From Psilocybe cubensis (Eukaryota): a stretch of 25,579 nucleotides of DNA. Position numbers and translations under genes: made by a program. The stretch lies in the NCBI GenBank assembly GCA_017499595.2, contig CM038998.1, forward strand, positions 4,650,001-4,675,579, in the 5' to 3' direction. A model generated the notes under the pieces. It was not told the origin of the DNA. It did not search any database and saw only the letters and a list, made by a program, of their open reading frames with translations. Of the stretch, positions 1-11,622 are shown one piece after another (positions within the stretch are counted from its first letter, which is position 1; each line of letters opens with the position of its first letter).

Positions 1-631
1 GCCATGGTTACGAGGACATTTATGCAATTCCTGCCCTTTCTTTCTGTTCAACATTATGATTTAGTATGGCCTTAAAATGAAGGACTATTACAATTGGAAA
101 CAAAAATTCTCTTCTAGGTTACTTTTTAAGTAACCTACACAAGCTTGATAAAAGCTTAAATAGATTTTTGTCCTCAAAAATGTGCAATTTCGATAAAACT
201 TTCTGCAATCGGAAAGAAACATCTCAGTCTGGGTGGCAAGAATACAATATTATACTTAAAAGTGAATAAAAACATGTAGCAATGTGTCTATGCTTTCACA
301 ATGAGACTTGAGAGTGTTGCTTAGGTGTTACGAAATGGTTTTATTTATTAAGTACAAACACTGGTTTTTGTATCTAATCTTATCTGCAGAGTATATCTAA
401 TCTTATCACACTTTCTACTAGAATCTCATAATCTTGTTTGGATCTTGTCGGATCCATTACATGATAACAGTTTTTCTTCTACACTTATGGGTTGGTCACT
501 GTCTAACAAGGGGATATAATGTTCAGAAATAAATTCTGAATTGTAGGTAATAAAACATCAGACAATAGTACTGGACATAGCCATCTTCTGTAACAAACGC
601 TATGTATGTGGGCAAGGAACTGCGTGATTAT

Positions 632-745
632 GTGTGACGTCATTGGTCACTTCACAGTACTTCACAGTAAACTGTGATAACTGTGAAGCGTGTCACACTG
701 CTAAAAATTATGCTGCACTGTCACTGCACTGCACTGTGGTGACAG
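632..745. repeat. Nested palindromes/hairpins built from TCACAG/CTGTGA motifs; possible DNA-transposon subterminal remnant
   Basis: cttcacagt (650-658) pairs with actgtgaag (680-688); tcacagt (662-668) with actgtga (671-677); gtgtgac (632-638) with gtcacac (692-698); ctgtcac (718-724) with gtgacag (739-745). Confidence 0.55.
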
Positions 746-773
746 CACTTGGCTAGAGCAATCTAGGCCAGTT

Positions 774-1071
774 GAGACATGTCCGAATTTTCTTTTTTGT
801 ACAATATGCTAACATTCTAAACCTGAACTTACGAGTCCAGGCATTTGGGCATATTTAATGGATTTTGTATTTTATTTTTTCTATTTAAACTGAATTTTAG
901 AATGTACAAATATTCTTTAATACTGGAAAATGTCCTAATAATTTGCAGTTTTAGTATCAAATCCATCAGATCCAGACAATGGTTAGCCTGCAATGCTATC
1001 AAATCCATAAAAAATGGAAAATAAAATGCCAAATTTTTGGCCTAAAATCTTTCAGAATCCGGACAAGCCTC
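774..1071. mobile_element. Degenerate ~300-bp MITE-like element with ~18-bp imperfect TIRs
   Basis: Left gagacatgtccgaatttt vs reverse complement of right end gaggcttgtccggattct (14/18). AT-rich non-coding interior with repeated tatcaaatcca. TSD not clean (gtt vs taa). Confidence 0.4.
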
Positions 1072-1344
1072 TAAGAGAGCTTCTTAGGGCTTATGGCTTT
1101 TTATAGCCAAGATAATATATTTTTGTAAGACTTCTCCTTAAGCACGCAACATCACTTAATATATTTGTATGTGAAACACAATGCACCAACGTGCTACTTT
1201 TTTTCTTTGTTTTTAATTGTATTGTTTGCATTGCAAAATAATCAATTTTTAATACTTATTTGTTTTTGCTTGTTTCTGTATTATTTCTGGTCAAAAAGAA
1301 AAAAAAAGTAAAATTATGTATATGTATAATTTATATACTAAAGA

Positions 1345-2316
1345 TTATATTTCAGCATCATAACCAAATTTGTGATCCATATATTTAATATATAATATTT
1401 TCCAAACAAATTCTGCGGTTGACTGCAATTTGTGCCACTCTACCAAAAGAGGTCGATTCTATAAAAAATAAATATTTATTAATAGGACATATAAAAGTAT
1501 AATAAATTTCGTACCATTGTTTCCCGTTCAAACTGGTTCATACAAATATGGATAGTGGTCATGTGCTTGTAAATATCCTCGGAATCCTTGATATTGAAAA
1601 ACTCCAAAAATTTCTTCCAGTCTGTTTTGTCGATGAAACGGGATACAAGTGCAACATATACCACATACTTGCTGCTTAGAATTGGTTCTAGCAAGTAATA
1701 TGCTGCCACAAAACTAATAGAGCTAACAGAAACAACAAATACGTCGTTTGTTGGCCAGTAAATGTCGTTGGTAATTGGTTCAATACAATAACCTTCAATC
1801 AGCTCTGAATTAGCATCCTAAAATAGCAAAAATAAATATAAAAATATTAGTATATAGTGTAAAATGACTTACTAAAGCATATATAGCATATTCTTTATAA
1901 CCAAATTCTACAAATTCCTGGACAATTGTGCCGTATCCAGGAAATCTATCAGATCCATAAGGAAATACAGAAAATATTGCTTCTTTAGCATGACATGTAA
2001 TACATACGCTAAAATTGCGTAAAGTATAATGCCATGGGTCAATAAGACATTTATGCTGATATCGCCTCCATTTGATCTGGTTGTTCCAGACACCTAAAGT
2101 GTCAAGCTCAGTCCAACGTTGGTTGATTGGAACATATTTCATAATGAAGGCAGTTTCGATTTCGGCATTGATGTCTTTTAATAGATAGCCAAAAGATTCT
2201 AAATGAATTAGATTTAAGTATAATATGTTTAGATATAAATAATATAATTGCTTACTTGATATTATATCAAATGGCGGAAGAAGTTCCGAATATTGATTCA
2301 AATTGAGAAAGTCCAT
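1345..2316 (-). CDS. Orphan hypothetical protein, 4 exons, ~267 aa
   Basis: Exons 2316-2256, 2198-1873, 1817-1515, 1458-1345 joined by GT-AG introns of 57, 55 and 56 nt with consistent phases and no internal stop (MDFLNLNQ...KFGYDAEI*). Joins track ORFs 1810..2316 and 1479..1709. Confidence 0.75.
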
Positions 2317-2695
2317 AATGACAAGAAGGACTAATAAACGACAAACACGATTTGAATGTGATGCAATAAAACTTTGTTATTGCAATTTACGCTTTAAATA
2401 GGACAAGCTCAAGAGTAGATTACTAATATAATATAACAAAATGGCGCCATTTTCTCACTGTTTAATAAAATGGTGTCATTTTTTCACCATTTAATAAAAT
2501 GACTAATTTTCAATGCATTTGTTGCTATACAATTAGTGCAATTAGTAATATGCCGATGTCATTTGAATACTTCTATTAATATATCACTATAGTATTGATA
2601 CTATTATCAAATCTATCATCATCAATATCACTGTTGCTATGTTACTAATACTGTTTTAGTTTTCTTTAATTGCTTCCATTACTATAGTCCTGTAC

Positions 2696-2809
2696 TATCA
2701 ACGCCACTGCCATTGCATTAATACAATATACTGTGTTATCAACGCCACTATCATTGTATTAATACAATATGTGCTATCAACGCCACTGTCATTGTATTAA
2801 TACAATATA
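2696..2809. repeat. Tandem repeat, 3 copies of a ~38-41 bp unit
   Basis: tatcaacgccact(g/a)(c/t)cattg(c/t)attaatacaatat occurs three times head to tail. Confidence 0.9.
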
Positions 2810-3181
2810 TTGCTTTAGGTTACATCACACTATTGCCAAATTAGTATACATTATGCAGGGTTACGGAAATTAAAATGCTAGACACCGGCTAGATAGGTAT
2901 GTTGGCCGCTAGACCACAAAAAAACAATTTAAATGCAGTTAGATTCTAAATGATGATGAAACAACTTTTGTATACTTGTTTCAAAAACATGCTAATTCCG
3001 TAGAAGTTGGACCGTATATTTGATAGATTTGATAAAAATCAATCATATAAATAGAACGTACATATAATAGAATTGACTGCTAACATTAGTTATATATATA
3101 TATATACTTGTTCTATTCCATTTGAGTTAGTGCATAACCAATATCAAGAGAAACTTACTAATTTAGTATTATACATTTTTA

Positions 3182-3336
3182 TACGTAAAGCCAGTGCTAT
3201 ATTGAATGAGTAAGAAATACACGTAAGGACACGTAAGTCTGTGCTGTATTGAATGAATAGTAAGTACACGTAAAGCTAGGGCTGTATCAAATGATTAATA
3301 AATATACGTAAAGCTGGAACTGTATTGAATGAGTAA
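3182..3336. repeat. Degenerate tandem repeat, 4 copies of a ~38-45 bp unit
   Basis: acgtaa(a)g..(g/a)ct(g/a)tat(t/c)(g/a)aatga repeated four times. Confidence 0.8.
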
Positions 3337-3648
3337 TATATATGTATTCAATTAGATAAAGCAAAATTTGAGAGCTTGTTTTACGACAAGGACTTTCACT
3401 GCAGGGGTGGGGTGGGCTGACAGGTCTAGTTCGATCTGAAGAATATTGATCTAATAATAGTTAAAACTAAGTTACATATGAGAATAATAGAAATTCGAAT
3501 AGAAATCGTTAAGATTTAGGGTAGAGGGTTACGGGCATCAGGGTATAGGGCATAGCAGCTGTATCCTGTATAAATATACCCTTTTAGCAGCCTAATCATT
3601 ACCGATATCTTCTGCTACTCGTTTCTATCATACAATACGTACTACAGT

Positions 3649-4047
3649 ATGAACACTTCTTCATCCATTCCAAATGCAAATGAAACTCATCAGGACGCTG
3701 GATCCTTTCCTGTTAGTTAAACATCTATTTTATGAATTATCTATACTAACAATTTTTGTAGATCGGTGTAAAAATTTTTTATATTGACGGTCAAGGCAGA
3801 TGTATCTATGGGATTGTTAAATGTCACCAAGCCATGCACGTAAGTTTATAACATTACTTGTCATTTACTATACCTGATTGGGGCTCCAGTGTACACTTCT
3901 TCTGCACATAAAACCTCTCGACTCAGATGGAAAAGAACAGAACATGACATGGATTGTACCGTAAGTAAAATATATTTATATTTAAACATCTTTTGTTAAA
4001 TTAATATTCTGTTTAAATAAAGTTCCTATGCAGTCATTTGTGTATAG
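3649..4047 (+). CDS. Small 4-exon hypothetical protein (~78 aa), beta-rich; absent from the ORF track
   Basis: Exons 3649-3711, 3762-3839, 3890-3960, 4023-4047. Introns GTTAGT..TACTAAC..TAG, GTAAGT..CAG, GTAAGT..AAG. Translation MNTSSSIPNANETHQDAGSFP/IGVKIFYIDGQGRCIYGIVKCHQAMH/CTLLLHIKPLDSDGKEQNMTWIVP/SYAVICV*. Confidence 0.75.
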
Positions 4048-4608
4048 TCTGTATATACTCGTTATATATCCAGTACCAGAGGTTCATATGTATCCATGAT
4101 GAAAGAAAATGTTAATCAAATATCAACGAGTATACAATATTAGAACACGAATCTGATGAATAGGGTACGCGTTGGCGAGTCAGTATGCTCACGTGACAGG
4201 TTTATTACATAGTCAGATAAAGGTCGGCTATTCGATCTCCTTTGTCCGATTAGATTACTAAATACTGATAAGTCACTGATGTAGCCACAAAATATAAATG
4301 CATGTATGTTTCTACTGTAGAGCACCAGTGAACAAACAATACTTTACCTGTATATCGATTACTCATGCACCGATACCCCTATGCTCTGTACCAGAACCAT
4401 GCTACAGTCACTTTGCATTATACTGGTATTGACTTATGTCGGAAATATGAACCTTGGTTAAACCTTCATTCGATTACCAACAGCAATGATAACTACCCGC
4501 AATGGACCCAACCGACCTGCGTGAAATATGGTACCACTTTATTATTAATAATTCCATGACCTGACCGATATTCATCGCAATCTAATATCTAATTACATAT
4601 ATCATACC

Positions 4609-6217
4609 CTATATCCGATTATAATAACCATGTTTTTGTGAAATAGTCGTAGCCCAACTCCATTTATTTTTGTTGATATCAGGTTGTATCTCACATTCTC
4701 TCCGCTTCCCGGGGTCGGACCGCCATATACGGACCCTTCCAGCTTCCGCACAGACAGCCAATGAATCGCTGGACCAGTCCACTCCACACGAGCTAGACGA
4801 ACCCCCCCTCAACCTCACAGCGTGGATGGGTCCGACATCTAATCGAGTGTCGCGTGCAACACTGAAAATGAAAGCATCCCCGTTGTGAGGCCCTCCTCCG
4901 TATGCCAACCATCGACCACACGGTGAGAGTGACGATTTCACATAAAATGATGGACTCCCCCAGAGACTGTCGCATGGGTTTTGGCTACTGTAGACGTTTA
5001 GATCCAACACACAATACACATATATCCTTGCATCGGTGCCAAGTCCGAATATAGTACCGTCCGATTCCTTGACCCCCGATACCAGCGACACAATACCCCT
5101 AGACTGGCGATGGTTGTAGACGGTCGGGTCCAAACTAGAGCACGAGAGGTAGGTATTAGTCGATCTGAGATCCCATAATCGAAGAAAACTACCAAAAGAC
5201 AATGAGACACACTTTTCTATCGTCTGATAAAACACTCACCCATTCGCGGAACAACTACTTATTACATTATAAGTGGCAGTGTCTTGCAACACGAGCCCCG
5301 TAATGGTGGGTTCCGGAGAAGATCCTACAACCTGATGGGCATGAACGATAGTAGCGACAGACCTAAGACCAGTCGACCCCGAAGATAAACGAACTGATGG
5401 ATTCATCCGTAAATCCCAAAGGGATATAGCACCATCTCTACCTCCGGTGTACACAAGCGACTCGCTCATAGGATGCCACATGACACATTTAACCGGCTCG
5501 ATATGTCCGTGTAACCAATGCGTTATAACTCGATCTTCGACGTTTACGACAAATGCACCGGGATGATCGTCTCCCACGTACCTTGAATGAGTAGACGTAC
5601 CAACCAATAACGATGTATCATCCCTCTTCCATTTCAAATCGCTTATGTAGGACCGATGACGTATAACTTGCCGTCCCCTAGGTTCTACGCGAGGGAAGGA
5701 ATACGAAAAATAAAAACCGACATAGAAGTGCTGTGACCAGAGAGAATTAAACGCACCACGTTCCCATAAACACCTCCGTCGTGCGTCAACGACCTTGATG
5801 GATCCCTGGCAAGTGCCTATCGCAAGAAAGGACTTGCCACTAGCTTTAGATTCTACAAACAAGTTCGAATTATACGCTTTGATGAGCGTTGTACTATACA
5901 TACCATTTGAATACGAACAAACGGATTGTCTATCACGCAAGCCGCACTGGTAATCAACACAGTTGAGTGTATCAAATATATTTGAAGATATGAACGAATT
6001 TAAAAAAGGAATCATAGAGGCTGATACATAAATAAAATAAAAATTAGCAGAATGTTAAATGTTCATTCAATAGAAATACTACACCTCTACAACTGATTCC
6101 ATTTATAACAGGATGCAGAAGACGTTGGAACTGACCAATGCGGTGAAAGGTCGACGCGCTGTATCCTTTATCGGTATCGACAGGGATACCTTTTCTACAC
6201 ATATCAGGGTCTGACAT
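4609..6217 (-). CDS. cdt2: WD40-repeat protein, Cdt2/DTL-like (CRL4 substrate receptor)
   Basis: Exons ~6217-6085, 6020-5904, 5852-5757, 5684-5240, 5188-4609. WD40 motifs GHIEPVKCVMWHP...TGGRDGAISLWDLR, LRLWDLR and GRVRIWR, plus the Cdt2/DTL-type SFYVKSSLSPCGRWLAYGG. An additional intron near 5600 cannot be excluded. Confidence 0.8.
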
Positions 6218-6665
6218 GATTAGATGAACGATAAATTGAACCACGAACCTTTATAACTGAAATGGTTCGAGAAAATAGCATCATATAGGGTCGACAAGAA
6301 CGACACACAGAAATTGTTCATCCAATTACCCGGAGAAGAAGGATCATCCAGGATCAGTCATTAGTCATGATGATTATGCTTAACAGGTTCGATGACAGAT
6401 ATATGACAGTCAGCACGACCGATAATTCACGAGATAAGATGTAACCCTGTGATTATTTCCACTACAAGTAAAACGATCGACAACGAATCCTTCGAGTCAT
6501 AAACACACATTGCTAAATATGTACATCTTCACTGTTTATGGAAATCGCGAGTTGATAACTCACGACAGTGACTTGCTACCGAACAGGGCAAGCTCTCTTG
6601 CGTCTCTTACAAATACGTTACACGTTCTGCTACCCATGGAATACATGGCTCCTGATTCTACGCCA

Positions 6666-6886
6666 TCCAATTTTAAAAATTGTATAGAAAAGCGGATGCT
6701 TACAGAAGGTTTGGTGGGAGAAGTAAATGTACCTCCTTTATGGGATGCGGCGGTCTCCATATGTGTTTTCTTCCTTTTCAAACGCGAAAGTCAGTACAAT
6801 AGACACAGGACAAGATGAGCATATAGTACCGATGCCATTGTTCTTTCTAAACCCATCCTTTTTTTATGTTCATAGGATTCAAAAAA

Positions 6887-6926
<40 letters not shown>

Positions 6927-7074
6927 GATTTATGTCTTCAACCAGATGGCAAGGCACCAAGTACTCTTGACCACCTGGACCAATAATCAACCTATAACCT
7001 CTCGGCACTGGCGAAATTAAGATGACACTAGTAGTAGGAGTTTTTTGAGGAGGTATACTCGATCAGCATTGACT
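6666..7074 (-). pseudogene. Truncated inverted duplicate of the 5' part (exon 1 to intron 2) of the gene at 20976..21578
   Basis: 6666..7057 is the reverse complement of 20975..21341, with about a dozen substitutions, small indels and an expanded poly(A) at ~6881-6925. Start codon reads ATA. Confidence 0.9.
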
Positions 7075-7496
7075 TTTTAAAGACGATGATACTCGTTTCC
7101 ATTCCATGGAAGCATTTAGGCATTAGAAATTTTTCATGGCTCTTAGAGTAAGCCTTTAATAAGGTAGGCGGTACTATAAAGCCTCTTGTATCTAGAGGGC
7201 TAGACGATTTCGAAGTTTTCAGTCAATCCGTAATTTGTAAAGCTCGAACTTACTAAGCAATTTCTATTAGCTTTGAAGGGAATGGATACGTTTCAAACGT
7301 AATCAAGTTATTGGTGTTCCTTTGATCTTTTGCGAAAGTTTCTTCGATTGCGGTGAACATTGTTTAGCTGTCACAAGTGGAAACGAGCGGTGTTGCTTTC
7401 AAGTTGGTTGGCGTTAAAGTACTCTGTTTTATATTAGTCCGTCATTTACAATAGATTCTGTTGTCATTCGCATAGAATATTTGCGTCGTGTTTCAT

Positions 7497-7990
7497 ATGA
7501 CTAATTAGTTCTCAATAATGTAATGTGTATATGTTGTGAGGATTAGACTCCTTCTAATTACAGAGTTCTAAATGTTGCTGTGGTTATCCTGTGGACGAAC
7601 ATAGAAATACCATTAACAATCGGGTAAAGTCGTAGAGTGGATAGATATTGCATAAGTGTTGAATATTAATCTAACATGACACCAATCAAAGAGTTCTCCG
7701 AGACTGTTCAGTGTACTAATCCGTGTATACATAATATATGTTCGTAAATGAAGCTATCTATGTCCGGCTATAAGTTTTGATAAGTGGGTCAAATGGTATG
7801 TAAAAGTCCCCTCGTTCCATAGCAATGGTTTACTGATTTACATTTTATAGTCGTAGGATGGCATGACTACAGAAAAATAGCTAGACATTCCGTGAATTAC
7901 TCAAGTCACGAGGAGCCTCGAAAATCACCCACTTACATCAGCAGACATGTTCGGTTTGATGCGTTCCCAGGACCTATGGCCTTGCTGTAA
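7497..7990 (+). pseudogene. Decayed multi-exon gene relic
   Basis: Splice signals retained (GTAATG 7520..CAG 7563; GTATGT 7796..CTGAT..TAG 7850), but the reading frame has several TAG/TAA/TGA stops. No family recognised. Confidence 0.35.
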
Positions 7991-8126
7991 AGCAAAGGCT
8001 ACCCACTCTTAATTAAGGATGTTATGACTAGAACTTTGAAATAATTCAATTTGAGTTAAACGCTTTATCTTTCGGTCAAGTCCCTTTTTACTCTACTCAC
8101 TTCAATTGTTAAATTGCATTATAAAG

Positions 8127-10322
8127 TGTCGATCAATGCCTTCACTTGTATGGCCTTTGGAATGAAAGGAACGCTATTGTCGGATCCCTTGGCGTGGAAC
8201 TAAGGAAACGAACCACCATCGGTGCCGAACTCGCGGTGAAGGTGCTATTACGGTGTTCGAGAACCGCAAGCTCTAAATCTCGAATTCGCTTGTCAGAACT
8301 CAGGTGCGTAATCACCATCACAAATTCATACTGCCTCCGAGCTATCGGTTTCCCAGTATGGAGACCTTGTTAAGTCGTTTCTACCTTTGAAATCTGTGGA
8401 ATAAATTGCAAAATCCCAGCTTCTAGGAATATAAAGACTCCCTAGAGCACCATTGCATTGCTAAATCGTTGAAACGGACGCATTTCTGACTTGCCAGAGT
8501 TTTATGAAGCTGAATTTCGTCGTTTACAGCTCGACGAGTTGACTTGACACCGCCCCGGTGGATAATTTAAGTTGGAGTCTCATTCACATTATTGTATATA
8601 GATGCAAAAAAATGTATGTTATTCAAGCTAGTATATAGACAATACATTGTCTAACACTGACGGCAGTTGGTTTAACACAGAATTACTCACTCTCGGTGAA
8701 GCGTCGACTTGACTACATGTTCAGATCTCCAGACGTTTGCGTCAATGATATCAGGACCATACATAATTTGGTCAAAAAATGGTTTAACCTGACTACGTAG
8801 GACCCTATACGCGTAGATTTGGTTATTTTGGCCCGTCAAAACTGTTGTAGAGGAGAAAAACACTCAAAATATGCCAATGTCCTGCTAATTCACGGCGCTG
8901 AAGAAGGCAATGGAGGAACGCCAATGGATAGCTCCGAGGCAGTATGGGTCTGTGATGGTGATCACGCACCGGAGTTTTGACAGCAAATGTGAAATTTAGA
9001 GCTTGCGGTTCTCGTACACGCTATGCGTGTTTATGAAGCTCCCGTGTCGACATGCATCTTAATTATTCTATGATAGCCCAGAATTTGCTTTTCCTTGACG
9101 AGCCCACATCTGGTCTTGACTCTCAGAGTGCCTGGAACATTGTTGCCTTCTTGCGAAGCTTGGCCGAACAAAGCCAGGCTATCCTATGCACGTAGGTAAG
9201 CAGCTATTATCAATTATTTATATACTGATCTGTCTTATTCATTAGGATTCATCAAGTGAGCTTCTGCGGTGATGTACCTCTTTGCCATCTTAATGATTTT
9301 TTTTTTTGTCAAAAAACCTTTCGCTGAATTGTTCCATGTACGTCGTTTGACACAATTTTATTGTACCTTGACTGACCAAAATTTACCAGGTCTTCGATCG
9401 CTTCCTTTTGTTGAGGAGAAGGGTGGCTAAACAGTCTACTTCGGTGACCTTGGACACAATGCTGAAACTTTGCTGCACTACTTCGACTCCAACGGTGCTC
9501 GCCCATGTCTTCCTGAAGAAAATCCGTGCGTTATTTTTAACCGTTACACTGATGCCTTATCCTGATCTATCTCCGTCTAATTTCTAGTGCCGAATATATG
9601 TTGGACGTTATTGGTGCCGGAGCGACTGCCTTCAGCAGCATCAACTGGCACGAAGTTTGGAAACGCTCCCCGAGGCAGTCAGGACTGAGCAGGAAATCCA
9701 GGAGATCCATACAATTGGACGAAGTCAACCTGCTGTTGAAACTGATCTCAGGATTGAATACCCCACCCCATGGCGCAACCAGGTCATCGAACTTGTCATT
9801 TAAACAAGGAGCTGCTGACCATTACCGCATCGCCAAGCTCATCCTCAATGTTGCTGGTGGCTTCTTCATTGGTCTGTCTTTCTCAAGAACCAGGACAGTA
9901 TACAAAACGTTCAGAATTGTATATGTGTAAGTCTTGTTCGTTTTAGGATTTGATCTTCGATCTCATAACCTCCTTTTACTAGACTGTTTACATGCTTCTC
10001 GTCTTGAAGTTGGTTTCAATTACTTTGTTGAGTTCACGAAACTGACCAATATTTCTACAGTCAACCGTTGGTGAACATGTTGCAAGTTCCCTTCGTCGCT
10101 ACCCGTACTATCTACGAGGTCAGGAAGCACCCAAGCGGAATGTACAGCTGGACCGCCCACATCATTGCCCAAATTCTGGCTGAACTGCCATGGAACATCC
10201 TGGGATCCTGCCTTTACTTCCTTGTTTGGTGCTGGACCTCCCGCTTCCTATCTGGTCGCGCTGGTTATTTGTACTTGTCTGTTGGAGTTGTGTTCCCTCT
10301 TTACTACACCACCATCGCCCTA
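8127..10322 (+). pseudogene. PDR/ABCG-type (SNQ2-like) ABC transporter pseudogene fragment: NBD2 and part of TMD2
   Basis: AIVGSLGVELRKRTTIGAELAVK / [36 protein letters not shown] / IHQ / VFDRFLLLR / [12 protein letters not shown] / AEYMLDVIGAGATA / YEVRKHPSGMYSWTA..AELPWNI..FPLYYTTI. Frameshifts (e.g. 1-nt deletion at ~9080-9085); the N-terminal half and the C-terminus are missing. Confidence 0.92.
8251..9021. mobile_element. 771-bp non-autonomous TIR element (Tc1/mariner-type MITE) in an ABC-gene intron
   Basis: TIRs 8251-8346 and 8927-9021, ~84% identical by hand alignment. TA at 8249-8250 and 9022-9023. Removal restores a 62-nt GT..AG intron (8242..9076). Confidence 0.85.
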
Positions 10323-10350
10323 GTACGCAATGCCTACGGTCTGCATTTTT

Positions 10351-10890
10351 TCAGGCATGGCAATACATCGGACTCGGAGATATAAATAAACGCAGAATGA
10401 CGTTAGGACACTGCTCATCCAGGCACTCCTTACATGTTGCGTCGTCATAGGTGTTAACATTCGTCAAAGGCATGCTCGCCTGCATCGCATCACCCTCGCC
10501 AAGTCCCGCGACCGACGTTTGCCATAGCAATGCTCGCCTGAATTGCATCACCCTCTCCAACCTGAGGTGACCTGCAATTCATTTCGCTGAGATTCGGCAA
10601 AGGCTCACACGCCAGAACATGTCCGTTCTCCATGCCACTACTCGCCGCAAATACGGAGAAGTCTTTCAGGGTTTCTAGGCATGGGCCCAACATTGTGGCG
10701 GAGAACGGCGAAATAAGAATTGGCGATCCTGATAATGGACCTTTTAACCTGGAGGATACAGATCCAGAAACACTGATAGAATGTTCGTAATCCATCCCTT
10801 AATATAAGTGATATTTTTACTTACCTTGTTCCAAGTGTGACGCTAGTGACAACTGTGGCTCGGAGAGTAATAGCAGTTCCGTAGCGGCAC
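10351..10890 (-). pseudogene. Frameshifted hypothetical gene with a duplicated GEGDA(I/M)QAS motif
   Basis: Track ORFs 10490..10795 and 10351..10560 join through a frameshift. 58-bp-spaced direct repeat at 10472/10530. Candidate upstream GTAAG donor at ~10824. 5' end uncertain. Confidence 0.45.
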
Positions 10891-11525
10891 ACGGAAAAGG
10901 TTTCGAAAGGAAGCTTAGAGGTCGAATAGACAGGTTAAAGTACTCTGTATTCGATGCTTTTCTGTAGCTACTACATAGCTGTATTTATACTGTAAAGGAT
11001 AAGGTGTCCAAAAGAAGTAGACGAAGAAAAAGATAAAAGAGGGTTAATTGGGAAACACATGAAGGTGGAGTATAAGTCAGTTTCAAGGGGAATAGAATGA
11101 AGGATTAGGAACATAGAATGAAGAAAATGAGCTAACGGGGTGCGTGTATCGGGTGGACGGAGCGAAGGTGAAGTCCACAGAAACGAAAATTAAAGATAAG
11201 ATAAAAAAGAGGATTATCGGGGTGTGGGAAACAGACCGGAACGTCACACCAAGTCAAACGGGTCCATTGGCTACGTGCCAGAGCACAGTTCCACAGATGG
11301 CGAGAAGAGGCTATGCTTCTTGGGTACGAAATGGACTGAACGATGAGATATTTCCTACGAAAGGAGAAATAGTGGATGAACAGTGCAGTAGCGGCAATGG
11401 CTGGTGATGCCTCTGCTAATGACGTGGTACAAAAGGGGCGAGCAGCCTATGCCAATCGCCAAGCAGCCATGTGGGGTGACTTGGCGAGGCGAACAGATTA
11501 CCTATTTCGTATTACCAAGCCTGGC

Positions 11526-11533
11526 TATAAAAA
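11526..11533 (+). promoter_or_regulatory. Candidate TATA box of the 11623 gene
   Basis: TATAAAAA about 95 bp upstream of ATG 11623. Confidence 0.4.
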
Positions 11534-11622
11534 GGGGTTAATCTAAAAATAGATATGGTTCAGCGTAAAAAAAATTGAATCATGAATCTTGAAAAAGTCC
11601 AACACATCTGCGGTGACCGTCC

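Noticed and set aside
2696..3336. CRISPR-like arrays
   Set aside because: Head-to-tail degenerate units without unique spacers, no cas genes, eukaryotic context.
4140..4559. Short ORFs between the 78-aa gene and cdt2
   Set aside because: No consistent splice model or recognisable motif.
6727..7020. Poly-lysine ORF or retrocopy poly(A) tail
   Set aside because: The A-tract is an internal expansion of a shorter tract present in the other copy (~21108-21125); homology continues on both sides and introns are retained.
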